64,000 nucleotides of DNA, from positions 384,942 to 448,941 of the forward strand of contig JAQUQO010000001.1 of NCBI GenBank assembly GCA_028716045.1, in the 5' to 3' direction. Shown here piece after piece: positions 19,281 through 31,750 of this stretch. The position numbers and the translations under genes were made by a program. Position 1 is the first letter of the stretch; each line of letters starts with the position of its first letter. The notes beneath the pieces are model-generated. The model was not told where the DNA came from. It searched no databases and worked only from the letters and a program-made list of their open reading frames with translations. The stretch is from Patescibacteria group bacterium (GTDB lineage Bacteria; Patescibacteriota; Patescibacteriia; JAQUQO01).

Positions 19281-21842
19281 TTATTCTCCCTCTCGCGTTT
19301 TTTTCTGTACCACCCTCGTCCTCTCCAAAACCTCCATCTCCACCACTTTGCGGCTGCGCCCATATTTGAGACGCGACAACTCTCTGATATTTTTTGCTAA
19401 TTCCGCGTCCGCCCGCGCAATCTCATCAAGCGAAATCGTCGCCATATTGAACGGCGGCGGATTGGCGTTATCAATCAAAAGCTTAGCGTAGGCGTTATAT
19501 TTAGGGATATTTAAAAAATCGCGAACGGAAAAAATCGGTGCGAACTCTTTGACCATATGTTCGGCGTCTTCCACACCGATACGGAAACAAACCTTAGTGC
19601 CGACATTGCCGAAAATGGCATCACGGATTCTCGTATCATTATTTTTGACCAACTGACTGATGTATTGATGGCCGATGGTCAGACAGAGGCGATATTTGCG
19701 CGCTTCGGAAAGAATAACATTAACACTTTCCGTGAGAAAATTTTGAAACTCGTCAATGTAGAGATAAAAATCCTTTCTCTCTTCTTCGGGTATGTCCGCC
19801 CTACCCAAAGACGCCATGAGAATTTTCCCGATGATAATCATGCCGAGCAGATTAGCGTTGATTTCTCCGATCTTTCCCTTAGCCAGATTGACCAAAATAA
19901 TTTTACGGGAATCCATGGCCTCGCGGAAATTAAAAGCGCTTTTCTGCTGGGCGATAATCAACCTTACGAGATCATTGGCGATGAAGGGCGTGAGCTTGGA
20001 AGTGATGTAAGGAACCATATTGGCCAGCGACGCTTCTCCACCAGCTTTCTGCGCTTCTTTCTCCCAAAAATCTTTCACCACCGGCGTGCGGCATTTGGAA
20101 AGTTTAAATTTTCTGAATTCTTCGTCAGCTAAAACTTTCGGCACTTCCAAAAGCGTGGAGCCGGACTCGGGGTCATCCATAATCAACATCAGGGCGTTGC
20201 GCATATATTGCTCAAACATCGGTCCGCCGGTAGCTTTAAGGTCGTACAACTTTTCAAAAATAGCTAAAAGCTCATTGATGACAAAAATTTTCTGGTCTTC
20301 CGAATAATATTCAAGGATATTCATGGCCAGCGGCCGCTCAAAATCCGACGGGTCAAAAATAATCACGTCTTCCGCGCGTTCTCTGGGGATACGCTCTAAA
20401 ATATGTTCAATGGCATCGCCGTGCGGGTCAATAAAACAAACGCCCTCACCGTTTTTAATATCCCGCACCGCCAGACCTTCCTGAAACCACGACTTGCCCG
20501 TACCCGTCATACCAATAACATAAAGATGCCGGCGGCGATCCTCTCTTTTTATTCTTACTTCTGTTTTCACCCCGCGATAAGTATTGACTCCTAAAAGCAG
20601 ACCCTCGCGAGGAATATTATTGGGCGCCGGCGCGCTGCGAGAAAGAAGCCAGGCGATGCGCGGCGTTTCCATGGTCGGCAGAGGAAAATGGTAAATACTC
20701 GCCATCTCCTCGGTATTTAAAATAATTTTTTTATTTTCATTAAAATGGCGATAAATGAATTCTTTGATAATTTTTTTCAAACTAGATGGCGCGCTCTGCC
20801 GAAAACCATTGCCGTATTGATAAATATTATACTGATTAAAAGAATTGACGATATTGTCCAAAATTATTTTGCCGGCCTCGCGGCTCTTAGCCGAAGCCAT
20901 TACGCGGATATTCACTTCCATCCCCGCTTTACTGCTCTTCTCTTCCAGACCCTTGACCATTTCCTCTTCCAAAGGAGAAAGGCGATAAGGTTCGTTCTGT
21001 TTTGGCGGAAGACCGGGTTTAGAAGCCGCCCCGCTGGAAGCCGCCGCTTTGAATGTTTTGCCCAACTCGCCCCAAGCGCTTTTCTTTTCCACGGCCGAGA
21101 GTTTTTTACCCTGCTGCATGGCCGTGGCAATATGCACGCCTTCCTTACGCCACTCTACCCCCGCCGGGCGAAGAACAATCTGAATCGCCGCGCCGCTTTC
21201 TTCGTCTATTTTCGACAAAGAGTTGGTTAAAGTATTAAGCGGGTCGGATTCAAGTTTGCGATAAGTTTTAATGGGAAAAGCATTTTTACGCGTCAAAGTA
21301 AGATAGGTGCCAAGAATGACGCCTTGCGGAGAAAAAATATTATAATCCTCAACTTCTTCTATCACCGAGTCGGGATACTGCGCCTGTATCTGCTGTTCCA
21401 AATAATCGCGCAAATAAAGCGGGCAGGCGACGTAAAAATAAATAAGTCCGCGCCAAACGACAATCTCCAGGGCAATTTGGTCTTGCCGGCCGAAAAACCA
21501 GGTTTTCCAACCTTTTTCCCTGCGCAACCCGCCGATGCCACTGAAAAACGTCTCGGCCACGGCAATCATCTCCTGAATTTTCTGCAATCCCGCCTGTTCT
21601 TTTTTTTCTTCCCCGCCTAAATCTTTGGGCATTCTTACCGCCAGCACCACTTTTTTAAATCCATAAATTGTCTGACCTTTCTGCCGCAAAAAATTTCTAA
21701 TCCAAAAGATGATAAAAAATAAGACAAAAAAACCAAGAAGCGCCAAAAGAAGAAAATCCAAAACAGACACCGCTTCTCCGGTTTCTAGGGTGAGTTCGCT
21801 ACCGCCCAAATTAATAGTCGTTTGCCAAAAACTTAAAAGCAT
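19281..21842 (-). CDS. VirB4/TraG/TraD-like (DUF87-type) ATPase
   Basis: RRRHLYVIGMTGTGKS (Walker A), FIDPHGD, LYIDEFQNF (Walker B), SEARKY, IFGNVGT; N-terminal TM. Confidence 0.88.
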   Translation of the reverse strand: MLLSFWQTTINLGGSELTLETGEAVSVLDFLLLALLGFFVLFFIIFWIRNFLRQKGQTIYGFKKVVLAVRMPKDLGGEEKKEQAGLQKIQEMIAVAETFFSGIGGLRREKGWKTWFFGRQDQIALEIVVWRGLIYFYVACPLYLRDYLEQQIQAQYPDSVIEEVEDYNIFSPQGVILGTYLTLTRKNAFPIKTYRKLESDPLNTLTNSLSKIDEESGAAIQIVLRPAGVEWRKEGVHIATAMQQGKKLSAVEKKSAWGELGKTFKAAASSGAASKPGLPPKQNEPYRLSPLEEEMVKGLEEKSSKAGMEVNIRVMASAKSREAGKIILDNIVNSFNQYNIYQYGNGFRQSAPSSLKKIIKEFIYRHFNENKKIILNTEEMASIYHFPLPTMETPRIAWLLSRSAPAPNNIPREGLLLGVNTYRGVKTEVRIKREDRRRHLYVIGMTGTGKSWFQEGLAVRDIKNGEGVCFIDPHGDAIEHILERIPRERAEDVIIFDPSDFERPLAMNILEYYSEDQKIFVINELLAIFEKLYDLKATGGPMFEQYMRNALMLIMDDPESGSTLLEVPKVLADEEFRKFKLSKCRTPVVKDFWEKEAQKAGGEASLANMVPYITSKLTPFIANDLVRLIIAQQKSAFNFREAMDSRKIILVNLAKGKIGEINANLLGMIIIGKILMASLGRADIPEEERKDFYLYIDEFQNFLTESVNVILSEARKYRLCLTIGHQYISQLVKNNDTRIRDAIFGNVGTKVCFRIGVEDAEHMVKEFAPIFSVRDFLNIPKYNAYAKLLIDNANPPPFNMATISLDEIARADAELAKNIRELSRLKYGRSRKVVEMEVLERTRVVQKKTREGE

Positions 21843-21843
21843 T

Positions 21844-22341
21844 TTATTTTCTTTGGCTTAAATCTAAAATTTTGTCGGCCTTGATTTTAGCCTCCTGTTC
21901 CAGAAAAAATTGATTGACTCCCGGAATAATCTTCAGCCATTTTTTTATAAGATTCAAAATTTTATGCGCATTAATTCTGACTGCTTTAATCATTTTTTCT
22001 ATCCTGCTAGCCGTCTCCTCCCCGCGCTCTTTAAACTGTTTTCGCTTTTCCGGGGGCAAGCTAAAATAAACCTCGTCCAAATCCTCGGAGAGTATGTTTT
22101 CTATTTCCAAAAACGTCGGACTTTTGTAAGGAGTCGTCGGAGTTACCGGCGCACCACTCGGAATTTCCACTTTTCCCTCTCTTTTCTCGCCCTCCTCTTC
22201 CTTTTCTTGCGGTAAAAATTCTGGGGCTTTCTCGGGCGCGTTTTCTTTGACAACTTCTTTTTTGGGAAACTCCTCGGATTTTATTTCTTTTGAAAAATTC
22301 GCTTCTCCGGTTTCTATTTTTTTACTGTCATCTTCTGGCAT
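21844..22341 (-). CDS. Conserved CPR hypothetical protein
   Basis: IENILSEDL..F...GEETA..I..WLKIIPGVNQFFLEQEAKIK; abuts the ATPase gene. Confidence 0.75.
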   Translation of the reverse strand: MPEDDSKKIETGEANFSKEIKSEEFPKKEVVKENAPEKAPEFLPQEKEEEGEKREGKVEIPSGAPVTPTTPYKSPTFLEIENILSEDLDEVYFSLPPEKRKQFKERGEETASRIEKMIKAVRINAHKILNLIKKWLKIIPGVNQFFLEQEAKIKADKILDLSQRK

Positions 22342-22430
22342 AAATAACGGGAAAGGGTAATTTATTCACTATATTATAGCATTTTATAAAGAAAAAATAA
22401 AACAACGACAATTGATAAGCGGGTTGATTG

Positions 22431-23816
22431 TTATTCTAATCTTTTCACCTTTGTCCCCTGCTCCGTATCTTCCACCTCAAACCCCAATTTTTGTATTTCC
22501 TCGCGCCAGCGGTCGGATTCCGCCCAATCTTTACTTTGACGGGCTTTATCGCGTTTTTCTATTAATTCTTTGACTCTTGATGGTATTTTAATTTTTTCTT
22601 TCCTGACATCATCCAAGTTCAATCCTAATACTTCGTCAAACTTCAAGAGTGTTTTCTTTTTAGCGCGCCGGGAAATCTTTTCATCTTTCAAAAGTTCCCA
22701 CGCCACCGCCAAGGCCTGCGGGATATTTAGGTCGTCGTTAATCGCTTCACAAAATTGGCGCTCATAGTTCTCGTCCACCTTGCCAAACCAAAATCTGCCA
22801 AGCTCCGCTATTTTTTTATACAAATTATCCAGCGCGTTTTTGGCTCCCGCCAGCGACTCCCAACTAAATTCTACTGGATTATGATAATGAGTGTTTAAAA
22901 GCAGGTAACGATAAGCCAAGGCGTTAAAACCTTTTTTTTGAAGCGCGCCTAAAGTTAAAAAATTTTCCGCGGACTTAGCCATCTTTTCTCCGCCCTTTAA
23001 AATTACAAACTCATTATGTATCCAAAATTTAACCACCTCTTTGCCGGTCGCCGCCATATTCTGCGCCCGCTCATTGGTATGATGAACGGGAATGTGGTCA
23101 CGGCCGCCGGTATGAATATCAATGGCCTCGCCCAGATATTCCATAGACATAGCCGAGCATTCAATATGCCAGCCGGGAAACCCAACCCCCCAAGGGCTTT
23201 CCCATTCTTGCTGGCGCTTCTTGCCCGCTGGAGAAAATTTCCACAAAGCAAAATCGGTGGTATTTTTTTTATCGCAAAATTCTACCCTCTCCCCCGCCCG
23301 CAATCCTTCAACGTCTAACCCGGCCAGCCGCCCGTAGTCCTTAATTTTAGAAGTGTCAAAATAAATTCCATCTTTAGTGCGATAAGTATAGCCCTTGCTT
23401 TCCAATTTTTTTATCAGCTTGATTTGCTCTTCTAGGTGGTCTGTGGCTCGGCAAAAAATATCGGGAAAATTGATATTAAGATTTTTTAAATCCTTTAAAA
23501 ATGCCTCAGAGTAAAAACGAGCTATCTCTTGAGGCGATTTTCCTTCCCGCTCCGCGCCTTTCTCCAACTTATCTTCGCCTTCATCGGCGTCGGAAGTGAG
23601 ATGCCCGACATCGGTGATATTCATCACTTGTTTGACTTTATAGCCGTTGTATTTCAAAACGCGCACCAAAACATCGGCAAAAACGTAAGAACGCAAATTG
23701 CCGACGTGAGCGTAATTATAAACAGTCGGGCCACAGGTATAAATCCCGACTTTATTGTCATTTAGCGGCTTAAATTTTTCCTTACTGCGGGTTAAAGTAT
23801 TATAAAGATTCAGCAT
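22431..23816 (-). CDS. cysS: Cysteine--tRNA ligase
   Basis: [31 protein letters not shown]. Confidence 0.97.
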   Translation of the reverse strand: MLNLYNTLTRSKEKFKPLNDNKVGIYTCGPTVYNYAHVGNLRSYVFADVLVRVLKYNGYKVKQVMNITDVGHLTSDADEGEDKLEKGAEREGKSPQEIARFYSEAFLKDLKNLNINFPDIFCRATDHLEEQIKLIKKLESKGYTYRTKDGIYFDTSKIKDYGRLAGLDVEGLRAGERVEFCDKKNTTDFALWKFSPAGKKRQQEWESPWGVGFPGWHIECSAMSMEYLGEAIDIHTGGRDHIPVHHTNERAQNMAATGKEVVKFWIHNEFVILKGGEKMAKSAENFLTLGALQKKGFNALAYRYLLLNTHYHNPVEFSWESLAGAKNALDNLYKKIAELGRFWFGKVDENYERQFCEAINDDLNIPQALAVAWELLKDEKISRRAKKKTLLKFDEVLGLNLDDVRKEKIKIPSRVKELIEKRDKARQSKDWAESDRWREEIQKLGFEVEDTEQGTKVKRLE

Positions 23817-23858
23817 ATTTTTAGCATAACAAAAAAGGGCCGTTTTGAACAGGCCCTT

Positions 23859-24806
23859 CTAATTGAATTTTTTAAAAGAAAAAAACCGAACCCTGGGACC
23901 TTCTTCTACCTTAACGGAGTTTTGACTTTCATAAATATCGCCGTCCACCGTGAACATCGTCTTCTCAAAACCAGCCAGTGTTATCTCTTCGGCCGAGCTA
24001 TTGATATACCTATCGCTTTTAGGGATTATCGCATAGGCCAAAAATGGAAGACGGCTGACGATAGCTAACGGAGAAACCGCGTAAGCCAAGAATCTGAATC
24101 CCCGCAAACCGTGAGTATCACGGAACGGGCGAAAGCCGAAAATGACGCGATGGATAACCGAACAGTAAAGAACCGTAAATTCTCTGCGCCCGATTTTAAC
24201 TCCGTCAATCTCCGCCGAGCATTCCAATTTTCTCAAAAATTCTTGAAATCTTACCGGCCAGCCGATTAAAACCGCCAAAATAGAAAAAATAAATATCTTG
24301 GCGACTTGCCATAATCCCTTGGGGCCGTTTTCATATTCTTTCAAAAAATTCACTGCCGGGCCCAAGGCCACTTCTAAACCGTACAAGTTTTCCGACTCGG
24401 AACCGGATACTTTAAGCAGAGATAGCCCGCGGCAAAATTTCTTCACATTTTCTTCTTTCCGCAATAAAGAAATTATTTTTGTCACGGCGTAAGCCGAATT
24501 ATGGGGAATCCCCAAAGCGGTGGCAGCAATATCCATTGTCCCGCCATGAAGAGGGACAAGCAAAGGAATTTCTGCTTCCTCGCCGAAAAAATTAAACCAA
24601 TCAGTCAGAAAACGGTGAAGAGTGCCATCGCCGCCATAGATAAATAAAACGTCAATCTTGTCCCGCCTTATTTTTTCCAATAATCCTCTTATCGCTTTTT
24701 CTTTTTTGGGAACATATAAAAAGGGTGGCGATTCCTGCAGCGTTATCCCATATAATTCCGCCCCCCGCCGACCGGCAAAAATATTGCCGTAAGTACCTAC
24801 TTTCAT
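23859..24806 (-). CDS. Diacylglycerol/lipid kinase family protein
   Basis: GGDGT, PLHGGTMD, TVDGD motifs; GGAGGT SD. Confidence 0.8.
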   Translation of the reverse strand: MKVGTYGNIFAGRRGAELYGITLQESPPFLYVPKKEKAIRGLLEKIRRDKIDVLFIYGGDGTLHRFLTDWFNFFGEEAEIPLLVPLHGGTMDIAATALGIPHNSAYAVTKIISLLRKEENVKKFCRGLSLLKVSGSESENLYGLEVALGPAVNFLKEYENGPKGLWQVAKIFIFSILAVLIGWPVRFQEFLRKLECSAEIDGVKIGRREFTVLYCSVIHRVIFGFRPFRDTHGLRGFRFLAYAVSPLAIVSRLPFLAYAIIPKSDRYINSSAEEITLAGFEKTMFTVDGDIYESQNSVKVEEGPRVRFFSFKKFN

Positions 24807-24844
24807 TTTTACCTCCCTCCCCTATAATCTAGCGTGGGGCTTAT

Positions 24845-24865
24845 CCCGTCAGTCGCGACTGACGG
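24845..24865. repeat. Family C palindrome in the 5' leader of the lipid kinase gene
   Basis: CCCGTCAGTCGCGACTGACGG. Confidence 0.8.
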
Positions 24866-24994
24866 TTCTTAGTTTTTAATGAGCTTTAATTTAAAATAAA
24901 CCTACTGCCCCATCTTAACAAAACAGATATTTTTTATCAAGCATAAAAAAGGGGCCGTAAAGGCCCCTTTTATGTTTATTGAAAAAATCTAAAA

Positions 24995-26137
24995 CTATAA
25001 AGCGCAACAATACATCTTTAATACCGCGTTGTTAGCGTCTTTCTCAATACCGGCAACGTATTTATTTTCAGGACAAGTAAACTGCCCGACGCCGAACTGA
25101 ATGGGTGTCCAGGCACAGTTATCGCGAGTATTGCTCGAAGCACTTAAATTACCTTGAGTTGTTAAATCTCCACCCGCATTGATAGAACCGCTATTTGTAG
25201 TTATAGAACCAAATGTGCTGTTGATATTACCTTTTACGTAAACAGAAGCGGCATTGGGTTCAGCGTTTGGATCTATATAATAAGTACTGTCTGTGTCTAA
25301 AATAAAGGGTAATTTTATCCTGCCCGCCAAATTACCGGCATCACTGCTATTGGCCGGGTCTAAATAATAACTGGAATTGTCTTTATCTTGAAATTGTGTG
25401 CCATAAATAAGACCAGTAGACGTCAATTTATTTAGAGTCACCTCACCATTTATTATGTAATCGGCAGTAACCGAATCATCAGCTCTTTTTAAATAATAAC
25501 CATTGGCGCAATTAGTAATGTCTGAACAGGCTGTCTGACAAGATAAATCCTCGCACTGGATTGTGCTGATATCCGCCCAGTCCTCAATACAACCACGACC
25601 GTCGGATAAATCCGTATCCCAAGCATTAAGGCAAAGATAATCATCAACTCTCACTGCGTCACGGCCGCTATAATCGCGTAATTCCAGTTCTCCGCCAGCG
25701 CCATAATTGCTCTGAAGCGCGATTGAACCAACCCCGGAATAGATATTTACCCCGCTCTGACCTTTCACGGTGGCATAACTATTCCTGCTATATAAACTCG
25801 CGCTCCCCGTGGTCTCAAGATTAAGCGTGGAATTATCGCCAGTTCTCCATTCGCCGGCGACATTATCATACCCTGCCCTGATATACATCGGCGAGCTGAC
25901 GCCAAGCCACTTGTTGGCTATTTCGTTTATTTGGAGACCGCCCAAAATTAAATTTCCGGTTTTAGTTTGGATATCACTGCCGGCATTAAGCGGCGCGGCA
26001 ACGTTGTTCCCCGCCGGAGGGGCAGTCGGGCCCTGCCAGGCATAAAGATAATTTACCGAAAGAGCGCCGGCGACAAAAAGAAAAATAAACACCGCCACAA
26101 AAATTGACAGTTTGGTTAATTTAGTTAGTTTGGACAT
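24995..26137 (-). CDS. Secreted fibre/adhesin-like protein
   Basis: N-terminal TM/signal, WQGPTAPPAGNNVAAPLN, two YY(L/I)DP repeats, Gly/Asn/Thr-rich beta segment, C-terminal YCC. Confidence 0.7.
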   Translation of the reverse strand: MSKLTKLTKLSIFVAVFIFLFVAGALSVNYLYAWQGPTAPPAGNNVAAPLNAGSDIQTKTGNLILGGLQINEIANKWLGVSSPMYIRAGYDNVAGEWRTGDNSTLNLETTGSASLYSRNSYATVKGQSGVNIYSGVGSIALQSNYGAGGELELRDYSGRDAVRVDDYLCLNAWDTDLSDGRGCIEDWADISTIQCEDLSCQTACSDITNCANGYYLKRADDSVTADYIINGEVTLNKLTSTGLIYGTQFQDKDNSSYYLDPANSSDAGNLAGRIKLPFILDTDSTYYIDPNAEPNAASVYVKGNINSTFGSITTNSGSINAGGDLTTQGNLSASSNTRDNCAWTPIQFGVGQFTCPENKYVAGIEKDANNAVLKMYCCAL

Positions 26138-26155
26138 ACGATTTTATAATTATAT

Positions 26156-26716
26156 TTAATAAACTCTGATTTCTTTGGCGATAAAGGACTCGGACCAATA
26201 AATATCAGCTTCCGAGGAAACAGTAATCTTGTCTCCGACATTCAGGGATTCCAACGGATACACCATTTCCGTGAAAGTTTTCTGTCGGAGCGGCGTCTCG
26301 GTCCCGGCTTGCCGCGCGGCTTCCCTATTTTTTTCGTAAGCCAACTCTTCCGCGGCTAATTGGTCAGCCGACTTCTCAATGACTTTTATAATTGAATAAT
26401 TTTTATCAAGCGACGCCACTCTCTCAACCGGCGCCCGCGGAGCCAGTGGATTTTGACTGGGCTGTTCGGCGTTAAAGTATATTTTTTTATTAGCAACATC
26501 AATCTTGGTTATCTCGCCTTTTAAATTGAAAGCTGCTTCTTCTCCATCAGGAAAAACCCCGGTTTCATCAATCGCCTGTCCGGCCAAAGACCAGGCCTTA
26601 TCTGCTCCCGCCTGATAGCCGAAATAAAAACCCGTGTAGACAAACCCGAGAATGATGGTAACCCCGACCAAAATAGCAAGTAAAATTTTTAGCCCGAAAA
26701 GAATATGCTTTTGCAT
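26156..26716 (-). CDS. Membrane-anchored hypothetical protein
   Basis: N-terminal TM; OB-like LKGEITKI..LNVGDKITV. Confidence 0.7.
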   Translation of the reverse strand: MQKHILFGLKILLAILVGVTIILGFVYTGFYFGYQAGADKAWSLAGQAIDETGVFPDGEEAAFNLKGEITKIDVANKKIYFNAEQPSQNPLAPRAPVERVASLDKNYSIIKVIEKSADQLAAEELAYEKNREAARQAGTETPLRQKTFTEMVYPLESLNVGDKITVSSEADIYWSESFIAKEIRVY

Positions 26717-26794
26717 AGGTTTATGTTATCAATAATTTATATAATTATAGCACATGGAATGTAAAACTTATAATTTCTGGCTTGAAACCGCCAC

Positions 26795-27334
26795 CTATTC
26801 CCCTTCTTCCTCTTTGTCTCTAGCGAGAACAATGGCCACAATCGGCGCTACCAACCAAAAAAACCTCCCGGCGTCTCCCGTAAACACATCCTTGGTTAAA
26901 GGCGCTAGTTTGCTGACCGCCTCGGGAGCTAAATAGGACAAGACCACGCTGATTAAAAGGCCGACGTGTAAAAAGGAGAAGAGAATCACTTGCCACCATT
27001 TGCCCAGGCCGCGGGATTTGGCGATTGTTCCCATCAGCCCGCTGCGAGACAAGAGAAAAAAGAGAACCAAAAAAACACCTAAAAAGGTGGTTATTTTAAA
27101 AACAAAAAAATTGTTGATATTTATCTCCGCTTGAAGCCCCTTAATATAGGGGGCGGTATTAACGACCGCCAAAGCCATGTAAATACTTACTAAAATCACG
27201 ATTATCCTGTCGCGGCCCAAAGAAAGCCCGTAAAGCAGGGAAACCACTATAAAGAACACAAAAATAAGGAGGTCCCAACTTGGGTTTGACCAATTGACCG
27301 AACTTATCCACTTAACGATTGGCTCAAAATTCAT
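26795..27334 (-). CDS. Multi-pass membrane hypothetical protein (CvpA-like pattern)
   Basis: About 5 TMs; LLYGLSLGRDR. Confidence 0.7.
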   Translation of the reverse strand: MNFEPIVKWISSVNWSNPSWDLLIFVFFIVVSLLYGLSLGRDRIIVILVSIYMALAVVNTAPYIKGLQAEININNFFVFKITTFLGVFLVLFFLLSRSGLMGTIAKSRGLGKWWQVILFSFLHVGLLISVVLSYLAPEAVSKLAPLTKDVFTGDAGRFFWLVAPIVAIVLARDKEEEGE

Positions 27335-27475
27335 CTGTTGATAATTTATGCTTACTGTATTTAGTATAGCAAAAAAAATAAAACAATAAAAGACACAACT
27401 ATTAGCTGTGTCTTACTAAAAAACTAAAACCATTACCAAAAAACCGTTTATCCCCCCATACTTTAAACATCCCTT

Positions 27476-27808
27476 TTACATGCAACCCTTTGACAATACA
27501 GATAAAACAATAATAATTACCCCGATTTGAACATAAAGTGGCTGGTCGGATAGGTCGACTTTAGGTGAAGAAGCAATTTTCACAATGGTTGCTATTACAA
27601 GAACGGCAATAGGAAGGCCAAAAATACAACCCATAATTTCTCTGCCTGACCAGTTTTTTTCTTTTTTTTCCTCTACGCGTTTGGCAGCTAAATTTCCCAT
27701 AGGCGGGCTATCCCATCTTGGCTCTTTATTTAACCCTTGACCTTCGGCGGGTTTAAAAGGGTCGGGTGGCGGTTTAATGTTAGAATCTTTTGGACCAAAA
27801 TTACCCAT
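27476..27808 (-). CDS. Hypothetical membrane protein
   Basis: TTGACT-17-TATAAT (27916-27888), AAGGAG SD; Pro-rich N-terminus and 2 TMs. Confidence 0.65.
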   Translation of the reverse strand: MGNFGPKDSNIKPPPDPFKPAEGQGLNKEPRWDSPPMGNLAAKRVEEKKEKNWSGREIMGCIFGLPIAVLVIATIVKIASSPKVDLSDQPLYVQIGVIIIVLSVLSKGCM

Positions 27809-27976
27809 TATTATTTCTCCTTTTCTTCAAAAATTCTTTCCTAAAAGTTTATTTTAATTGTCAAATAACGTTTCTTTCTCCGCCTATATTATAAACAAAA
27901 GAGACGGGAAAGTCAAGGTTTAGCAAAATAAAAAAGCGCGATTGGCGAACCGCGCTTAAAAGTAGAAAGTAAAAAA

Positions 27977-28162
27977 TTATTCTTCACCGGTTTCGGCTTC
28001 GTCTTTGCCGTGGCTTACTATAAGCGTAGCCAACATGACAAATAATATCAGGATTTTAACCGCCCCCCGCAAAATTATTTCGCCGACCCGTTTGAAAAAA
28101 TCAGCGAAACGGTCAGCTATCCTGTAATCCGGCAAGACAATTTCACCTTGTTTCGTACCCAT
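27977..28162 (-). CDS. Small membrane hypothetical protein
   Basis: TTGACA-17-TATAAT (28241-28213), AAGGAGG SD, terminator at ~27930-27958. Confidence 0.65.
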   Translation of the reverse strand: MGTKQGEIVLPDYRIADRFADFFKRVGEIILRGAVKILILFVMLATLIVSHGKDEAETGEE

Positions 28163-28283
28163 CGTTCCTCCTTTTAAAAATGTTTACAAAACGAACTTTT
28201 TTATTGATATTTATTATAGAATAAAGCAGGGAAAATGTCAATAGTAAACAACCGCTGACCAAAAACAATAATCAATTTTTAAG

Positions 28284-29375
28284 TTATTCTTTCCCCCACT
28301 CCTCCAGCATCTTTTTTTGTTTCCGGGTGAGATTTTTCGGCACTTCCACTTTCACGGTTACGAGCTGGTCCCCGCGCCCCGAACCGCGAAGTTTCGGCAC
28401 CCCGCGTCCCTTGATTCTGAAAATTGTTCCTGACTGCGTGCCGGCCGGAATTTTTAAATTAACCGAACCGTCAATGGTGCTGACTTCAACCTTATCACCT
28501 AACGCCGCCTGCGGGAAAGAAATAGTGATAGTATTTAAAATATCAAAGGCGTCACGGGAAAATTCCGGATGCGGCTTAACGTTAAAATTAACATAAAGAT
28601 TGCCGGCTAAACCATCGCGGCCAACCGCTTCGCCCTTGCCCGAGTATTTGACAGTGTCGCCGCTATTTATCCCCGCCGGAATTTTGACTTTTATCTTCTC
28701 GTTCCCCTTTTTAATCCCCGCTCCGCGGCATTCCGAGCAGAGCTTCTCCGGCTTATTACCCGCTCCGCGGCATTCCGGACAAACAGAAGATGTTTCCATG
28801 GCGCCTAAAAAAGTCCGCTGGACTTTGCGAACTCTGCCCGCTCCACCGCAAGAGACGCAAGAAATTATTTTACTCCCCGGCTCCGCGCCACTGCCGCCGC
28901 AACGCTCACAAATTATATTTTTATATAACTCTAATTCTTTCTCACCACCGAACACCGCTTCGCGAAAATCAATCTGCAAATCAACTTCTATATCGCGTCC
29001 TTTGGCGCGGGTGGCCGTTTTGGTTCTCTGCCCGCCGAACGAACCGCCAAAAATATCTCCAAGTCCGCCAAACAAATCACCCAAATCATCCATGTTAATG
29101 TTAAACCCGCCGCTTTGGAATCCGCCAAACGGATTTCCTCCGCCAAATCCGCCGGCTCCCATATTTTCAAAGGTGGTGCCGAATTGGTCATACTGTTTTC
29201 TTTTTTCCAAATTGCCCAAAACCTGATAGGCCTCGTTTATTTCTTTGAACTTCGCCTCATCGCCGCCCTCTTTATCTGGATGGTATTTATGCGCCAGTTG
29301 CCTAAAAGCGCGCTTGACCTCTTCAGCCGAAGCGCTTTTTTCTATTCCTAAAATTTTATAATAATCTTTGGACAT
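28284..29375 (-). CDS. dnaJ: Chaperone DnaJ
   Basis: J domain HPD, G/F region, four CxxCxGxG. Confidence 0.97.
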   Translation of the reverse strand: MSKDYYKILGIEKSASAEEVKRAFRQLAHKYHPDKEGGDEAKFKEINEAYQVLGNLEKRKQYDQFGTTFENMGAGGFGGGNPFGGFQSGGFNINMDDLGDLFGGLGDIFGGSFGGQRTKTATRAKGRDIEVDLQIDFREAVFGGEKELELYKNIICERCGGSGAEPGSKIISCVSCGGAGRVRKVQRTFLGAMETSSVCPECRGAGNKPEKLCSECRGAGIKKGNEKIKVKIPAGINSGDTVKYSGKGEAVGRDGLAGNLYVNFNVKPHPEFSRDAFDILNTITISFPQAALGDKVEVSTIDGSVNLKIPAGTQSGTIFRIKGRGVPKLRGSGRGDQLVTVKVEVPKNLTRKQKKMLEEWGKE

Positions 29376-29436
29376 AACTTGAAACTCACAACTTGTAACT
29401 TAAAACTTGAAACATATAACCTAAAATTTGAAACTT
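29376..29436. repeat. Degenerate heptamer tandem repeat (AACTTRA-like)
   Basis: AACTTGA AACTCAC AACTTGT AACTTAA AACTTGA AACATAT AACCTAA AATTTGA; similar runs at 18545-18580, 18602-18630 and 32420-32443. Confidence 0.7.
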
Positions 29437-29440
29437 AATC

Positions 29441-29773
29441 CCTTCCTTAAACAAGCCTGCCTACGGTTCGACTGAGCTCACCAAAGTCCGGCAGGCAGGG
29501 AGGGGTTGGGGTAGAAAGAAACATTGTCATCCTGAGCGTAGCGAAGGATCTCTGTCTAGATTCTTCGCCCCGAGAACTCGGGATCAGAATGACAATTGAC
29601 CTTTTTTACTGTCTTTGCGAGGAGTCCCGCCGTGGCGGGACGACGCCTGCCTGCCGGCAGGCAGGAAGCAATCTCTAATACAGCGCCCTTGCCCAAAGCT
29701 ACGTATTAGAGATTGCTTCCCCCTCGACGACTCGACTGAGCTCGCCGAAGTCAAGCTCGGGGTCGCAATGACA
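29441..29773. repeat. Cluster of nested palindromic elements between dnaK and dnaJ
   Basis: CCCTTCC..GGAGGGG element (29441-29514), family A (29525-29594), family B (29610-29773), each with inserted mini-palindromes. Confidence 0.82.
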
Positions 29774-29775
29774 GC

Positions 29776-31668
<1,893 letters not shown>

Positions 31669-31750
31669 TTATTTCAATGTTATTTGTTAATTATTTCCAA
31701 ATTCCCGCCCCGCTGAAAATTTACCAACGGAGCGGTATATTTGCTAACAA

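Noticed and set aside
19281-21842. Conjugative element or ICE
   Set aside because: No relaxase, integrase or mating-pair gene cluster; the gene is embedded among core genes
28600-29226. 208-aa plus-strand ORF and other long antisense ORFs (3959-4534, 19557-20132, 56916-57479)
   Set aside because: Shadow frames of well-supported genes on the opposite strand
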